The position numbers and the translations under genes are program-made. Positions 1-8,143 of a stretch of DNA of 35,001 nt are shown piece after piece. Every line of letters begins with the position of its first letter. Position 1 is the first letter of the stretch. The DNA comes from Chitinophaga pinensis. Its GTDB lineage: Bacteria > Bacteroidota > Bacteroidia > Flavobacteriales_D > Crocinitomicaceae. The notes under the pieces were generated by a model, which did not search any database, had not been told where the DNA came from, and saw nothing but the letters and a program-made list of their open reading frames with translations. The stretch is taken from contig CAMBMC010000001.1 in the NCBI GenBank assembly GCA_945868555.1, forward strand, positions 1-35,001. The letters are read 5' to 3'.

Positions 1-330
1 GGAATAAAAATTTATGCTTTTCACGGCTGCTTGCCAGAAGAAGAAAAAATTGGTGGTCATTATTTGGTTGATGTTATGTTAAATACAGATTTCACTCAAG
101 CAGCACTAAATGATGACTTATCCCTTACAGTAGATTATGTACTGATCAACCACATTGTCAAAGAAGAGATGGCTATTCGGTCCAAATTGATTGAGCAGGT
201 TGGGCAACGTATTTTTGACCGTATCAAGCGCGACACACATGGCATCGATTTTTTACGTGTGAAGATTACAAAACTCTCACCACCGATCAATGGAGATGTA
301 GACAATGTAGCAATCGTCATTGAGAAATAA
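1..330 (+). CDS. folB: dihydroneopterin aldolase, C-terminal part (the 5' end lies upstream of the window)
   Basis: Frame 1 is open from nt 1 (GIKIYAFHGCLPEEEKIGGHYLVDV...), so the TTG at 31 in the ORF track is internal. The FHG..EE..G..VD signature and the short C-terminal KxxPP..G tail fit FolB-type tunnelling-fold enzymes. Confidence 0.75.
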   Translation, partial: GIKIYAFHGCLPEEEKIGGHYLVDVMLNTDFTQAALNDDLSLTVDYVLINHIVKEEMAIRSKLIEQVGQRIFDRIKRDTHGIDFLRVKITKLSPPINGDVDNVAIVIEK

Positions 331-358
331 TTATTTTTGGTATATTTGCACACCTAGT

Positions 359-429
359 GGTCTTGTGGCCGAGCGGCTAGGCAACGGTCTGCAAAACCGT
401 GTACAGCGGTTCGAATCCGCTCGAGACCT
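359..429 (+). tRNA. tRNA-Cys (anticodon GCA)
   Basis: A 71-nt cloverleaf can be drawn by hand. Acceptor stem is GGTCTTG/CGAGACC with one G-U pair. Anticodon stem is ACGGT/ACCGT with loop CTGCAAA (GCA). T-arm is AGCGG-TTCGAAT-CCGCT. The discriminator is U, as is typical for tRNA-Cys. No encoded CCA. Confidence 0.85.
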
Positions 430-440
430 CAACTAAAAAG

Positions 441-465
441 CCCAGTGCAACGCACTGGGTTTTTT
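441..465 (+). terminator. Rho-independent terminator downstream of tRNA-Cys
   Basis: Perfect 8-bp stem CCCAGTGC/GCACTGGG with a 3-nt loop, followed by T6. An A-rich run (AAAAAG) precedes it, so it could act in both directions. Confidence 0.8.
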
Positions 466-514
466 GATTTTACTACCATCAAGCAACGCTTGAATTGCGT
501 GTAAAATCAAAAAA
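460..514. repeat. nested inverted repeat (large hairpin) directly abutting the tRNA terminator
   Basis: The outer arms TTTTTTGATTTTAC (460-473) and GTAAAATCAAAAAA (501-514) are perfect complements. An inner hairpin TCAAGC-AAC-GCTTGA lies at 479-493. Function unknown. Confidence 0.5.
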
Positions 515-810
515 GACAGGGGCTTTCGAAGAAAGGATGGGCTTTTTGGTTGATATGCGCCCATAATCCTGGATCATGAAATAATCTGTTCATCTTTTAC
601 CTGATAAGGCACAGGGGATTCTGCTTTTTGAACAATTCCGGAACTAAAATCTTAAAACAATTTATTAAAATCTCGTAATTACTTAACGATATCGTGGAAA
701 AACTACCTAAACATAACACACAGCTAGTTATTAATAAAAAAATTGTTTTAAATTGAAAATATATAAGTACTTTTGTGCTCATTATCACGCACTTAGATCT
801 TTATTCTTTC

Positions 811-1038
811 ATGAAAAGAATCCTATTTATTCTACCATTGCTTGTCGCTTGTGGCACAGACAATCCTGTTGTTTCAAATGGCATGTGTACGTGCAACAAA
901 GAAACACAGCAAAAAAATGCAGACGGGTCTTTTTCTACTACAAACATTACATCACCATCGCCCGACGCTTGCGAAAAAAACGGGGTCATCGAATATTCCG
1001 CTTCCCAAACATACAGAGTGATTTGGCACTGCAACTAA
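811..1038 (+). CDS. small Cys-rich lipoprotein, hypothetical
   Basis: ATG at 811 gives MKRILFILPLLVAC with the lipobox LVAC. The mature 60-aa part has four further Cys. The upstream part of the 775 ORF is not needed. Confidence 0.55.
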   Translation: MKRILFILPLLVACGTDNPVVSNGMCTCNKETQQKNADGSFSTTNITSPSPDACEKNGVIEYSASQTYRVIWHCN

Positions 1039-1118
1039 TCATTCTATTATCTTATACTACATTCAAATCAAATTCACTTTTCTTCATTGTCAATACGATA
1101 CTATCCAAAATAAGAGGC

Positions 1119-1126
1119 TACCTTTG
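1119..1126 (+). promoter_or_regulatory. candidate Bacteroidota -7 promoter box (TACCTTTG)
   Basis: Exact match to the TAnnTTTG consensus, 18 nt upstream of the ATG at 1144. No good -33 TTG at the expected spacing. Confidence 0.35.
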
Positions 1127-1143
1127 CGCGAAATAACCACTGT

Positions 1144-2142
1144 ATGGAAATTCTTGTTACCGGTCCTGATGGCGTGCTTGGAAGTAATCTCGTTCGTGAA
1201 CTGTTACACCGCAACTACGCCGTAAGTGTTCTTGTAGAGCCCGGAAAGGATCCTCTTACATTAAAAGGATTGCCCATCACCGTCACTCACGGAAACATTC
1301 TCGATGTCGAATCAATCGATAAGGCCATTGCGGGTAAAGATATTGTATTTCATTGTGCCGCAGCTACGAGTGTTTATCCGGCCCGAAACGAAATGGTTAA
1401 TCGGGTAAATATCGATGGAACTCAACATGTGATCGATGCTGTGCTGAAACATGGCACAAAGCGCCTCGTTTTTGTAGGAACCGCAAATTCATTTAGCTAT
1501 GGCACTTCTCTAGACGCACCTGGCGTTGAAGACACACCATACCTCTCTGTGAAATTTGGCGTCGATTATATGGATTCTAAGTATAAAGCGCAACTATTGA
1601 TTCTATCAGCAGTCAGAGAAAAAGGCTTGCCTGCATTGGTTGTAAACCCGAGTTATATGATTGGGCCTTATGATTCGAGGCCGAGCTCTGGTGCGATGAT
1701 TCTTGCCGTGCACAGAGGGCGTGTTCCTGGATATTCCAATGGAGGAAAGAACTTTGTTGCCGTAAAAGATGTGGCCACAGCTATGGCGAACGCCATTACC
1801 ATGGGGCGAATAGGTGAATGCTATATTGTTGGAAATAAAAATCTTTCCTACAAAGATGCTTTTGCTCTAATCGCCGAGACCATTGGAGCGAAAACGCCAA
1901 CCCGTAAATTAAATGATTTTATGGTTCAATCTTACGGTAGGATGAACTCGTTCTTCGCTGGGGTTTTTGGATATTATCCCGGAATTACAAAAGAATTGGC
2001 CAAAATTTCAACGGAAAATCATTATTATTCTGCGGAAAAGGCTCAACGCGAACTACAAATGCCACAAACCCCTTTAGAAGTTGCAATCAAAGAATGTTTT
2101 GATTGGTTTAAAGAAAACAATTACCTCGATAAGAAACAATGA
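1144..2142 (+). CDS. NAD(P)-dependent epimerase/dehydratase family reductase (extended SDR, dihydroflavonol-reductase-like)
   Basis: N-terminal Rossmann motif ILVTGPDGVLGSNL and the catalytic YxxxK (YMDSKYK). The 332-aa length is typical for extended SDRs. Confidence 0.8.
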   Translation: MEILVTGPDGVLGSNLVRELLHRNYAVSVLVEPGKDPLTLKGLPITVTHGNILDVESIDKAIAGKDIVFHCAAATSVYPARNEMVNRVNIDGTQHVIDAVLKHGTKRLVFVGTANSFSYGTSLDAPGVEDTPYLSVKFGVDYMDSKYKAQLLILSAVREKGLPALVVNPSYMIGPYDSRPSSGAMILAVHRGRVPGYSNGGKNFVAVKDVATAMANAITMGRIGECYIVGNKNLSYKDAFALIAETIGAKTPTRKLNDFMVQSYGRMNSFFAGVFGYYPGITKELAKISTENHYYSAEKAQRELQMPQTPLEVAIKECFDWFKENNYLDKKQ

Positions 2143-2894
2143 AATACCAAACTCTTGATATTGATCTGTCATGGCAGGTCAACGATTTGACCTCGTTTTT
2201 ACCCATTATTCTTTCATTGGTTTTCTTTGTTGTCTATTGGTTCGCCGCACAATCATCTATAGTTAAAAACCGTTTTTATGCTGTGCATGATTTTGACACG
2301 GCATCGCGCAAGCATATCTTTTTTACCAAATATTTTGGTTTCATCTCCATGGGTGTTTTGCCCTCTGTAATTTGTCTAATTTTCCTTCCTAAATACAACT
2401 TGGCTGATTATGGCTTGACATTTATTCCAAAAACAACTTTCTTCTCTTTGGTTTGGACGCTAGGCTTATCTGTCTTGGTGATTCCGTTGGCTTACTTTAG
2501 CGCTAAAAAACCTAAAAACTTGGTAAATTATCCGCAGATTCGATCAAAGGTATGGACCAAAAAAACGGTGTTTATCACTGCGCTTGGTTGGGCTTTGTAT
2601 TTATTCGCTTACGAATTTTTGTTCCGCGGAACGCTTTTGTTTCCCTTGGTTGATGCCATTGGTGTTTGGCCAGCCATCGCTGTGAACATCGCGCTTTATT
2701 CGGCCACTCACATTCCAAAGGGCTTAGACGAAACCATTGGCGCCATTCCTTTAGGGTTGGTTTTGTGCTTACTTACCTTAGCTTCGGGAACCATTTGGAT
2801 TGCTTTTCTTGTGCATGTCGCTATGGCGTGGACGAACTGCTTTACTGCGCTAAGGTTTCATCCTGACATTCACTACCAGCCCAAGCAAAAATGA
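2139..2894 (+). CDS. CPBP (CAAX/Abi) family intramembrane glutamic metalloprotease
   Basis: Multi-pass membrane protein with the family motifs YEFLFRG (EExxxR-like), SATHIPKG (FxxxH-like) and HVAMAWTN (HxxxN/D). ATGA overlap with the upstream gene. Confidence 0.75.
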   Translation: MKYQTLDIDLSWQVNDLTSFLPIILSLVFFVVYWFAAQSSIVKNRFYAVHDFDTASRKHIFFTKYFGFISMGVLPSVICLIFLPKYNLADYGLTFIPKTTFFSLVWTLGLSVLVIPLAYFSAKKPKNLVNYPQIRSKVWTKKTVFITALGWALYLFAYEFLFRGTLLFPLVDAIGVWPAIAVNIALYSATHIPKGLDETIGAIPLGLVLCLLTLASGTIWIAFLVHVAMAWTNCFTALRFHPDIHYQPKQK

Positions 2895-3706
2895 GCGGAC
2901 AACTGAACGGAAAAGTGGCCATCATCACGGGATCTAGTCGTGGAATTGGACAAGCAATCGCACTGGAGTTGGCTGAGATGGGCGCAAGCATTGTGTTAAA
3001 TGGGCGTGACGCCGGCCGACTAGCAGAAACAGAGGCTCTCATACGTCAATACCACAACCACGTGATCAGTGTATGCTGTGATGTATCTCTTAAGGGGGGT
3101 GGACAAGAGTTGATTGATCGCACACTCGAGGCCTTTCAACAAATTGATATCCTGATCAATAATGTCGGTGTTTCCATGCGTGGAAATGTGGCAGATGTTA
3201 GTCCAGACGTGTTTAAAACAGTGTTTGATAGCAACGTGTTGGGCACAATCAACCCTACAATCCCCGCCTTGCCTTATTTACGTGAAACAAAAGGTAGCGT
3301 CGTGTTTATTTCAAGTTTAGCGGGTATCCGTGGTTTGCCGTTATTGTCGGCATATGGCGCTTCTAAAATGGCTTTGCGAGGAATCGCTGAATCCATTCGC
3401 ATTGAAGAAGCCAAGCATGGAATCCATGTTGGGTTGATTTATGTTGCCATCACAGAGATTGCACACAACAAAGAAGCAATTGGTGCTGACGGCTCAATGG
3501 TTGTCCTTAACTCGCGAAACGGCCGGAATGTGCAAAGCACAAAATCTGTAGCAAAAGCGGTTGTTAGAAACATCAAACGGAGAAAATTCATTAGTACTTT
3601 AACTCGCCTTGGAAAATTAAACGCTTATCTCCAAGCGCGTTTTCCAAGTTTGGTTGAACGTATTATTTTAATGAACATCAAAAAGTTCGAGGAGGGAAGT
3701 AAATAA
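2891..3706 (+). CDS. classical short-chain dehydrogenase/reductase (SDR)
   Basis: TGSSRGIG cofactor motif, NNVG, and catalytic S...YGASK. ATGA overlap with the upstream gene. Confidence 0.85.
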   Translation: MSGQLNGKVAIITGSSRGIGQAIALELAEMGASIVLNGRDAGRLAETEALIRQYHNHVISVCCDVSLKGGGQELIDRTLEAFQQIDILINNVGVSMRGNVADVSPDVFKTVFDSNVLGTINPTIPALPYLRETKGSVVFISSLAGIRGLPLLSAYGASKMALRGIAESIRIEEAKHGIHVGLIYVAITEIAHNKEAIGADGSMVVLNSRNGRNVQSTKSVAKAVVRNIKRRKFISTLTRLGKLNAYLQARFPSLVERIILMNIKKFEEGSK

Positions 3707-3707
3707 G

Positions 3708-4409
3708 ATGTTGATTGGTAAAGATTTTGAAAAAATTGAATGGGACTTTCTAGGTTTACACCTATTGGAACCAAACGCTCTGATTGGTGATCTCATCATC
3801 TTTACACTAGCAATTACATTGGCCATAAAGGTTAAAACACATGTAAAAAACCCTGGTTTTTTTATTCTTTGGAAGTGGTTTTTTGTCCTCTTCGGTGCTG
3901 GCTTCTTGATTGGGGGATTTGGTCATTTGTTTTACAATTACTGGGGGGTACCAGGGAAGTATTTCTCCTGGTACAGTGGAATGTTTGCCGCGTTGATGAT
4001 AGAGTTGGCGATGATTTCCGTTTTTCCTAAGGTGGAATGGCGGAAAACACTAAAAAGAATCGCCTTACTAAAACTTTTTGTCTCCATTACCGTGGCCACC
4101 TACATTTATGCAACTATTGATCTTGTCGCCGACCCATCAAAAGGATTAATTGTACCAACATTAAACTCAGTTGTTGGATTGGGCTTGTCTTTGGGTTTTC
4201 TGGGGTATTATTACCAGCAAAAAATTGATGTAGCTTTCCGTGTTTTTTGGATTAGCACGCTCATTTTAATTCCTTCCGCCGCCTTTCAAATCATGAAGAT
4301 CAATGTACATCAATGGTTTGATAGAAACGACATGAGTCACGTACTACTCATCACGAGCATTGTGCTTTATTACGCCGCGATCAAGAAATATTATAGATTC
4401 TTAGGATAG
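3708..4409 (+). CDS. hypothetical ~7-TM membrane protein
   Basis: 233-aa ORF with about seven hydrophobic helices, starting 1 nt after the SDR stop. Polar His/Asp residues sit within or next to helices (GGFGHLFYN, DRNDMSHVLL). No family recognised. Confidence 0.6.
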   Translation: MLIGKDFEKIEWDFLGLHLLEPNALIGDLIIFTLAITLAIKVKTHVKNPGFFILWKWFFVLFGAGFLIGGFGHLFYNYWGVPGKYFSWYSGMFAALMIELAMISVFPKVEWRKTLKRIALLKLFVSITVATYIYATIDLVADPSKGLIVPTLNSVVGLGLSLGFLGYYYQQKIDVAFRVFWISTLILIPSAAFQIMKINVHQWFDRNDMSHVLLITSIVLYYAAIKKYYRFLG

Positions 4410-4416
4410 GCTTTTC

Positions 4417-5244
4417 TTACCTCACAATGTGCAGGGTGCTGTATTTAGTAATGAGCTTTCCTTTTATATCTCGAGCGGTCACATAATACAAATAATCTCC
4501 CGCAAGAACTACCTCACCATTCATTGAAACGCCTTCCCATTCAAAATGGATATCTGTGGTTTGATATACCGTTTTCCCCAAGCGGTCAATCACCACAAAA
4601 CTGAAGGTTCCTGGTGTTAATTTATCTTCTGAGATGTTCAATTGAAGCGTCTCATTTACACCATCTCCATTCGGAGTAAATGCGTTTGGTAGTATAATTT
4701 CTAGAGAAGATGTGCTTACCTCAATGACCTCTTTTTCTGTTGTTTCTGTGACGCTTTGAGTTTGTTCAGATACACGACTTTGAGTTTCTTGTTGAGTTTC
4801 TTGTTCTGCTTCAACAACAACGGTTTCTAATGCATCAAAATATTCTTGTGGTGTTTCTGGATCAAACGAAATAGGGCTACTTTCTTCAGCTGTGATTTCT
4901 TGAGGAAAATCTAGCGACAGTATTGGGTCTTGTTGTTGTTCCGTTTGTTGGTTTTCTTCTGAAATATTGGTTTCCTTCACACCGTTCGAGGTGGGTGATT
5001 TCTCAGTAGACGTAGTCGGTTTTTGATTCTCCTTTTGGCCATTCAACAGAAAATAGCCAACAACAGCAACCGCTGCAGCGGCTGTAACACCAAGAACAAT
5101 TTTAGTCAACACAGACACGCCAGAGGCCACAGAAGCACCACCTAGTTGTGAGGAGATGTTTCCCCACATTTCTGGACGCACCTTAGACTCCAAACCGTTC
5201 AGTTTGTCACTAAATAAATCCTTTATCGTGTCTTTTTCACTCAT
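4417..5244 (-). CDS. anti-sigma-like single-pass membrane protein ending in a T9SS type-B (gliding-motility-associated, CHU_C) C-terminal sorting domain
   Basis: ATGA overlap with the ECF sigma gene. The N-terminus DLFSDKLNGLESKVRPEMWGNISSQL resembles proteins encoded after Bacteroidota ECF sigmas. One TM (LTKIVLGVTAAAAVAVVGYFLL) is followed by an acidic T/E/Q-rich linker. The C-terminus LPNAFTPNGDGVNETL...VIDRLGKTVY...WEGVSMNGEVVLAGDYLYYV matches the type-B CTD pattern. Confidence 0.65.
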   Translation of the reverse strand: MSEKDTIKDLFSDKLNGLESKVRPEMWGNISSQLGGASVASGVSVLTKIVLGVTAAAAVAVVGYFLLNGQKENQKPTTSTEKSPTSNGVKETNISEENQQTEQQQDPILSLDFPQEITAEESSPISFDPETPQEYFDALETVVVEAEQETQQETQSRVSEQTQSVTETTEKEVIEVSTSSLEIILPNAFTPNGDGVNETLQLNISEDKLTPGTFSFVVIDRLGKTVYQTTDIHFEWEGVSMNGEVVLAGDYLYYVTARDIKGKLITKYSTLHIVR

Positions 5245-5765
5245 TTTTTTTCTAATCGTTCGCGCAAATACGCTCGTGCACGGGAATATTGTGATTTTGA
5301 TGTGTTCTCGGTTACCCCTAAGGTTTCTGCTATTTCTGCATGTGAATACCCTTCAATAGCAAACATATTAAACACAACACGGTAGCCATCAGGCATTGCC
5401 CTTACGAGCTTCATCAAATCTTCCGCCATCAATTGTTCCGCAATAAAAGCATTGTTTTCAATTTTGTATCCCACATCTTCAATGTCAAGATTCACTTTAA
5501 ACTTTACTTCTTTACGAATTTGATCGAGGGCTGTATTTACCATGATTCGACGAATCCAACCTTCCAAGGATCCTTCTTTTTTGAAATCTGAAAGCTTCAC
5601 AAACACTTTCACAAATCCATCTTGAAGAACATCTTCTGCCTGTTCGGTGTTTTTTGCATAACGCAAACATACCGTCATCATTTTTCCCGCAAACTTGTCA
5701 AACAACATCCGTTGCGCCCTGGCATTGCCTTTTACACACTCATTAACTAGCGTAATATCATCCAT
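5241..5765 (-). CDS. RNA polymerase ECF-type sigma-70 family factor
   Basis: Region 2 (AEDVLQDGFVKVF) and a region 4 helix-turn-helix (GYSHAEIAETLGVTENTSKSQYSRARAYLRE). I prefer the ATG at 5765 (MDDITLV). The ORF-track start at 5780 is a TTG. Confidence 0.85.
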   Translation of the reverse strand: MDDITLVNECVKGNARAQRMLFDKFAGKMMTVCLRYAKNTEQAEDVLQDGFVKVFVKLSDFKKEGSLEGWIRRIMVNTALDQIRKEVKFKVNLDIEDVGYKIENNAFIAEQLMAEDLMKLVRAMPDGYRVVFNMFAIEGYSHAEIAETLGVTENTSKSQYSRARAYLRERLEKK

Positions 5766-5862
5766 AGCGCACTCAGACAAAAAGACAGATATGTTTCCAA
5801 AAAGGTTGCATGCGCTTTAAAGTTAGGTATAAAACAAGTACTTTCGGATAGTTAAAGACAAC

Positions 5863-7125
5863 ATGAGACATACCCTCCATATTTTTTGTACGCTGCTATA
5901 TCTTGGCTGTATGCCTTTCCTTTTCGCGGGAAAAAACACGGCATCGCCGAAATTAAAGGCCGGTTTGTGGACTGGCTCTCTTTTCTTGGACACAAGCGTA
6001 TCCATGTATTTCAAGTTTGACGTTGCACAACAAATGGATGGATCTTATCAACTCACCGTCATTAATGCTGAAGAAAAAATTGTGCTGACCGATTTAGTGA
6101 TGAAAAACGACTCCCTTCACGCACGATTCCCTTTTTTCAACTCTGAATTTGTTTGGAAGGTTTCTAAAAAAGGGCTTAATGGGTACTGGCAAAACTTTCA
6201 GAAGGGGGACAAGTACCGCATTCCTTGCTCAATTTCATATGGAGACTTTTACCACCCACTTCACTTTTTGAGTACATTTTATCCACCCTCAGAAATCAAT
6301 GGAAAATGGGCCGCTACCTTCGATCCTGGTACAGTAGATGCATATCCAGCTATTGGGGTTTTTAAACAAGACGGGCAATGGATCCGTGGAACATTTCTCA
6401 CGGAAACAGGAGACTATCGATTTCTAGAAGGCATAGTGCTCCAAGATAGTGTGGTGCTTTCTTGTTTGGACGGAACCCACGCTTGGATGTTCACAGGTCG
6501 CATTCACGGAGATACCATTCTTGGACATTTCTATAGCGGAAAACATTGGAAAGGGAGTTGGGTGGCAGTTCGCAATGAAAACGCTACACCGCCTGATGCA
6601 GACACCCTTACTAAGGTGGCGTTTAATGAGCCTTTTCGATTGACTATAAAAGATGTTTCCGCTGGTGCGCCATATGGAGAATTTAACTTCCCCTCAGAAG
6701 AATACAAAAACAAAGTAACCATCATTCAGATCATGGGTTCTTGGTGTCCAAATTGTCTCGATGAAACACGCTATTTTCTTTCACTCTATGAAAAATACCA
6801 CACACAAGGATTAGAAATTATCGCTGTTGCTTACGAAACCGGGAAAGATCCTATGGTACATTTAGAGCGCATCAAACAATTGCAAAAGCGACTCAATATT
6901 CCCTACCTTATCGTTGGTGGTGGTACATCAAGCAAGGCTTTGGCCTCTGAACACTTCAGTATGCTTTCTGAAATTATTTCTTTTCCAACAGCCATCTTTA
7001 TTGGACGGGACGGAGAAGTAAGAAAGGTTCACACAGGGTTTAGTGGTCCAGGAACTGGGGATTACTACACGGCATACACATTAGAAACTGAGGCCTTTAT
7101 TCAGAAATTATTGCTGTTGAAATAG
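5863..7125 (+). CDS. exported TlpA/redoxin-family thiol:disulfide oxidoreductase with a ~270-aa uncharacterised N-terminal domain
   Basis: N-terminal hydrophobic signal. The C-terminal thioredoxin fold carries WCPNC and the typical FPTAIFIGRDGEV (cis-Pro region). Confidence 0.75.
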   Translation: MRHTLHIFCTLLYLGCMPFLFAGKNTASPKLKAGLWTGSLFLDTSVSMYFKFDVAQQMDGSYQLTVINAEEKIVLTDLVMKNDSLHARFPFFNSEFVWKVSKKGLNGYWQNFQKGDKYRIPCSISYGDFYHPLHFLSTFYPPSEINGKWAATFDPGTVDAYPAIGVFKQDGQWIRGTFLTETGDYRFLEGIVLQDSVVLSCLDGTHAWMFTGRIHGDTILGHFYSGKHWKGSWVAVRNENATPPDADTLTKVAFNEPFRLTIKDVSAGAPYGEFNFPSEEYKNKVTIIQIMGSWCPNCLDETRYFLSLYEKYHTQGLEIIAVAYETGKDPMVHLERIKQLQKRLNIPYLIVGGGTSSKALASEHFSMLSEIISFPTAIFIGRDGEVRKVHTGFSGPGTGDYYTAYTLETEAFIQKLLLLK

Positions 7126-7127
7126 GC

Positions 7128-7559
7128 TTAAAGCGCTATCTTGTCAACGCGTTTCTGGTGACGACCACCCTCAAATTCTGTGGTTAAAAATACCTCAACC
7201 ATTTCACGTGCTTCATCAAAAGAAATAAATCGCGCAGGCAGTGCTAGAATGTTTGCATTATTGTGAAGACGTGAAAGCTCGGCTATTTCTTTTTTCCAAC
7301 ATAAGGCACTACGAATACCTGAATGTTTATTCGCCGTCATATTGATTCCGTTTCCTGAACCACATATAATTATTCCCAACATGCCCGGATTCGCTTCAAC
7401 AAGATCTGCAACGGGATGTGCATAGTCAGGATAATCAATACTCTCTTCCGAAAAACAACCGAAATCCTTAACTTCATACCCTAAGTCTCGCAAATATTGA
7501 CTTACTTGTTCTTTGAGTTGAAATCCTGCATGATCTGCCCCAATTGGAATAATCTTCAT
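7128..7559 (-). CDS. rpiB: ribose-5-phosphate isomerase B
   Basis: MKIIPIGADHAGFQLK..., ICGSGNGI and the family length (143 aa) fit RpiB/LacAB. The ATG at 7559 is preferred over the longer ORF-track start at 7610. Confidence 0.85.
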   Translation of the reverse strand: MKIIPIGADHAGFQLKEQVSQYLRDLGYEVKDFGCFSEESIDYPDYAHPVADLVEANPGMLGIIICGSGNGINMTANKHSGIRSALCWKKEIAELSRLHNNANILALPARFISFDEAREMVEVFLTTEFEGGRHQKRVDKIAL

Positions 7560-7579
7560 AATGATGTGTTTTGGTCTTT

Positions 7580-7587
7580 CAAATGTA
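7580..7587 (-). promoter_or_regulatory. candidate -7 promoter box for rpiB (TACATTTG on the minus strand)
   Basis: Exact TAnnTTTG match, 21 nt upstream of the rpiB ATG. Confidence 0.35.
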
Positions 7588-7700
7588 ATGCTTATGAACA
7601 ATGCGGCCAAGTTTTAAACATTCAAGGATTTTTATAGAATAAAAACAGCAGTAAACACTGGGTTTTAAAGATGGGGTTTCACACAATAAAATCGATAAAA

Positions 7701-7720
7701 TTGTGAATTAAGGTTCACAA
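7701..7720. promoter_or_regulatory. perfect palindrome TTGTGAA-N6-TTCACAA, candidate dimeric regulator site
   Basis: 7-bp perfect inverted arms in the long AT-rich rpiB / response-regulator intergenic region. It resembles CRP/FNR-type half sites (TGTGA/TCACA) but with N8 rather than N6 between the pentamers. Confidence 0.25.
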
Positions 7721-8135
7721 CTATTCAAAGATTTGTCTTGCACAGCTCATCAATTTTAAGAAAGCAAAATGCAAAGGACATACGCAAGGAAAGTTTTGGT
7801 GACTTATTGTTTATTTATGAATATGGTTTGACACATATGTTCCTCACTTTTACCAAAGAAATTATGCACGACGATATAAAATCGTATAATGTTCATTAAA
7901 CGATAATGTACTGATAATCAAAAGTTTTATATGTCTTACAACTTGTTAATAAACATTCGCTTTTTGTTAATGACCTATTTTACAAGCAAAATGAATTCAT
8001 TTTACACACATATAAACACCCTTAATAAAGAATAATAAATCTTCTTATTAAAAATAATTTTCTTTTATTCTATTTATATATTCAATTTGGTAAGTTGAAA
8101 TCTAAAATTGACCTGAGTTGTCAAGAATTTTTAAA

Positions 8136-8143
8136 TAACTTTG
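8136..8143 (+). promoter_or_regulatory. candidate -7 promoter box (TAACTTTG) for the LytTR regulator gene
   Basis: Exact TAnnTTTG match, 20 nt upstream of the ATG at 8163. A TTG lies at 8118-8120. Confidence 0.35.

Noticed and set aside
359-810. tRNA-Cys as the boundary of an integrated element or genomic island
   Set aside because: No integrase, excisionase or phage genes follow. I could not see a duplicated copy of the tRNA 3' end downstream. The neighbouring genes look like ordinary chromosomal genes.
753-1136. 127-aa plus-strand ORF overlapping the small lipoprotein gene in another frame, and the 63-aa minus-strand ORF at 597-788
   Set aside because: The composition is basic and aromatic junk, with no start context or motifs. 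The lipoprotein frame (lipobox, ATG at 811) is the more plausible reading. The 597-788 region is AT-rich intergenic sequence.
7701-7720. Canonical CRP (cAMP receptor protein) operator
   Set aside because: The TGTGA and TCACA pentamers are separated by 8 nt rather than the canonical 6. It is kept only as a generic palindromic candidate site, not as a CRP box.
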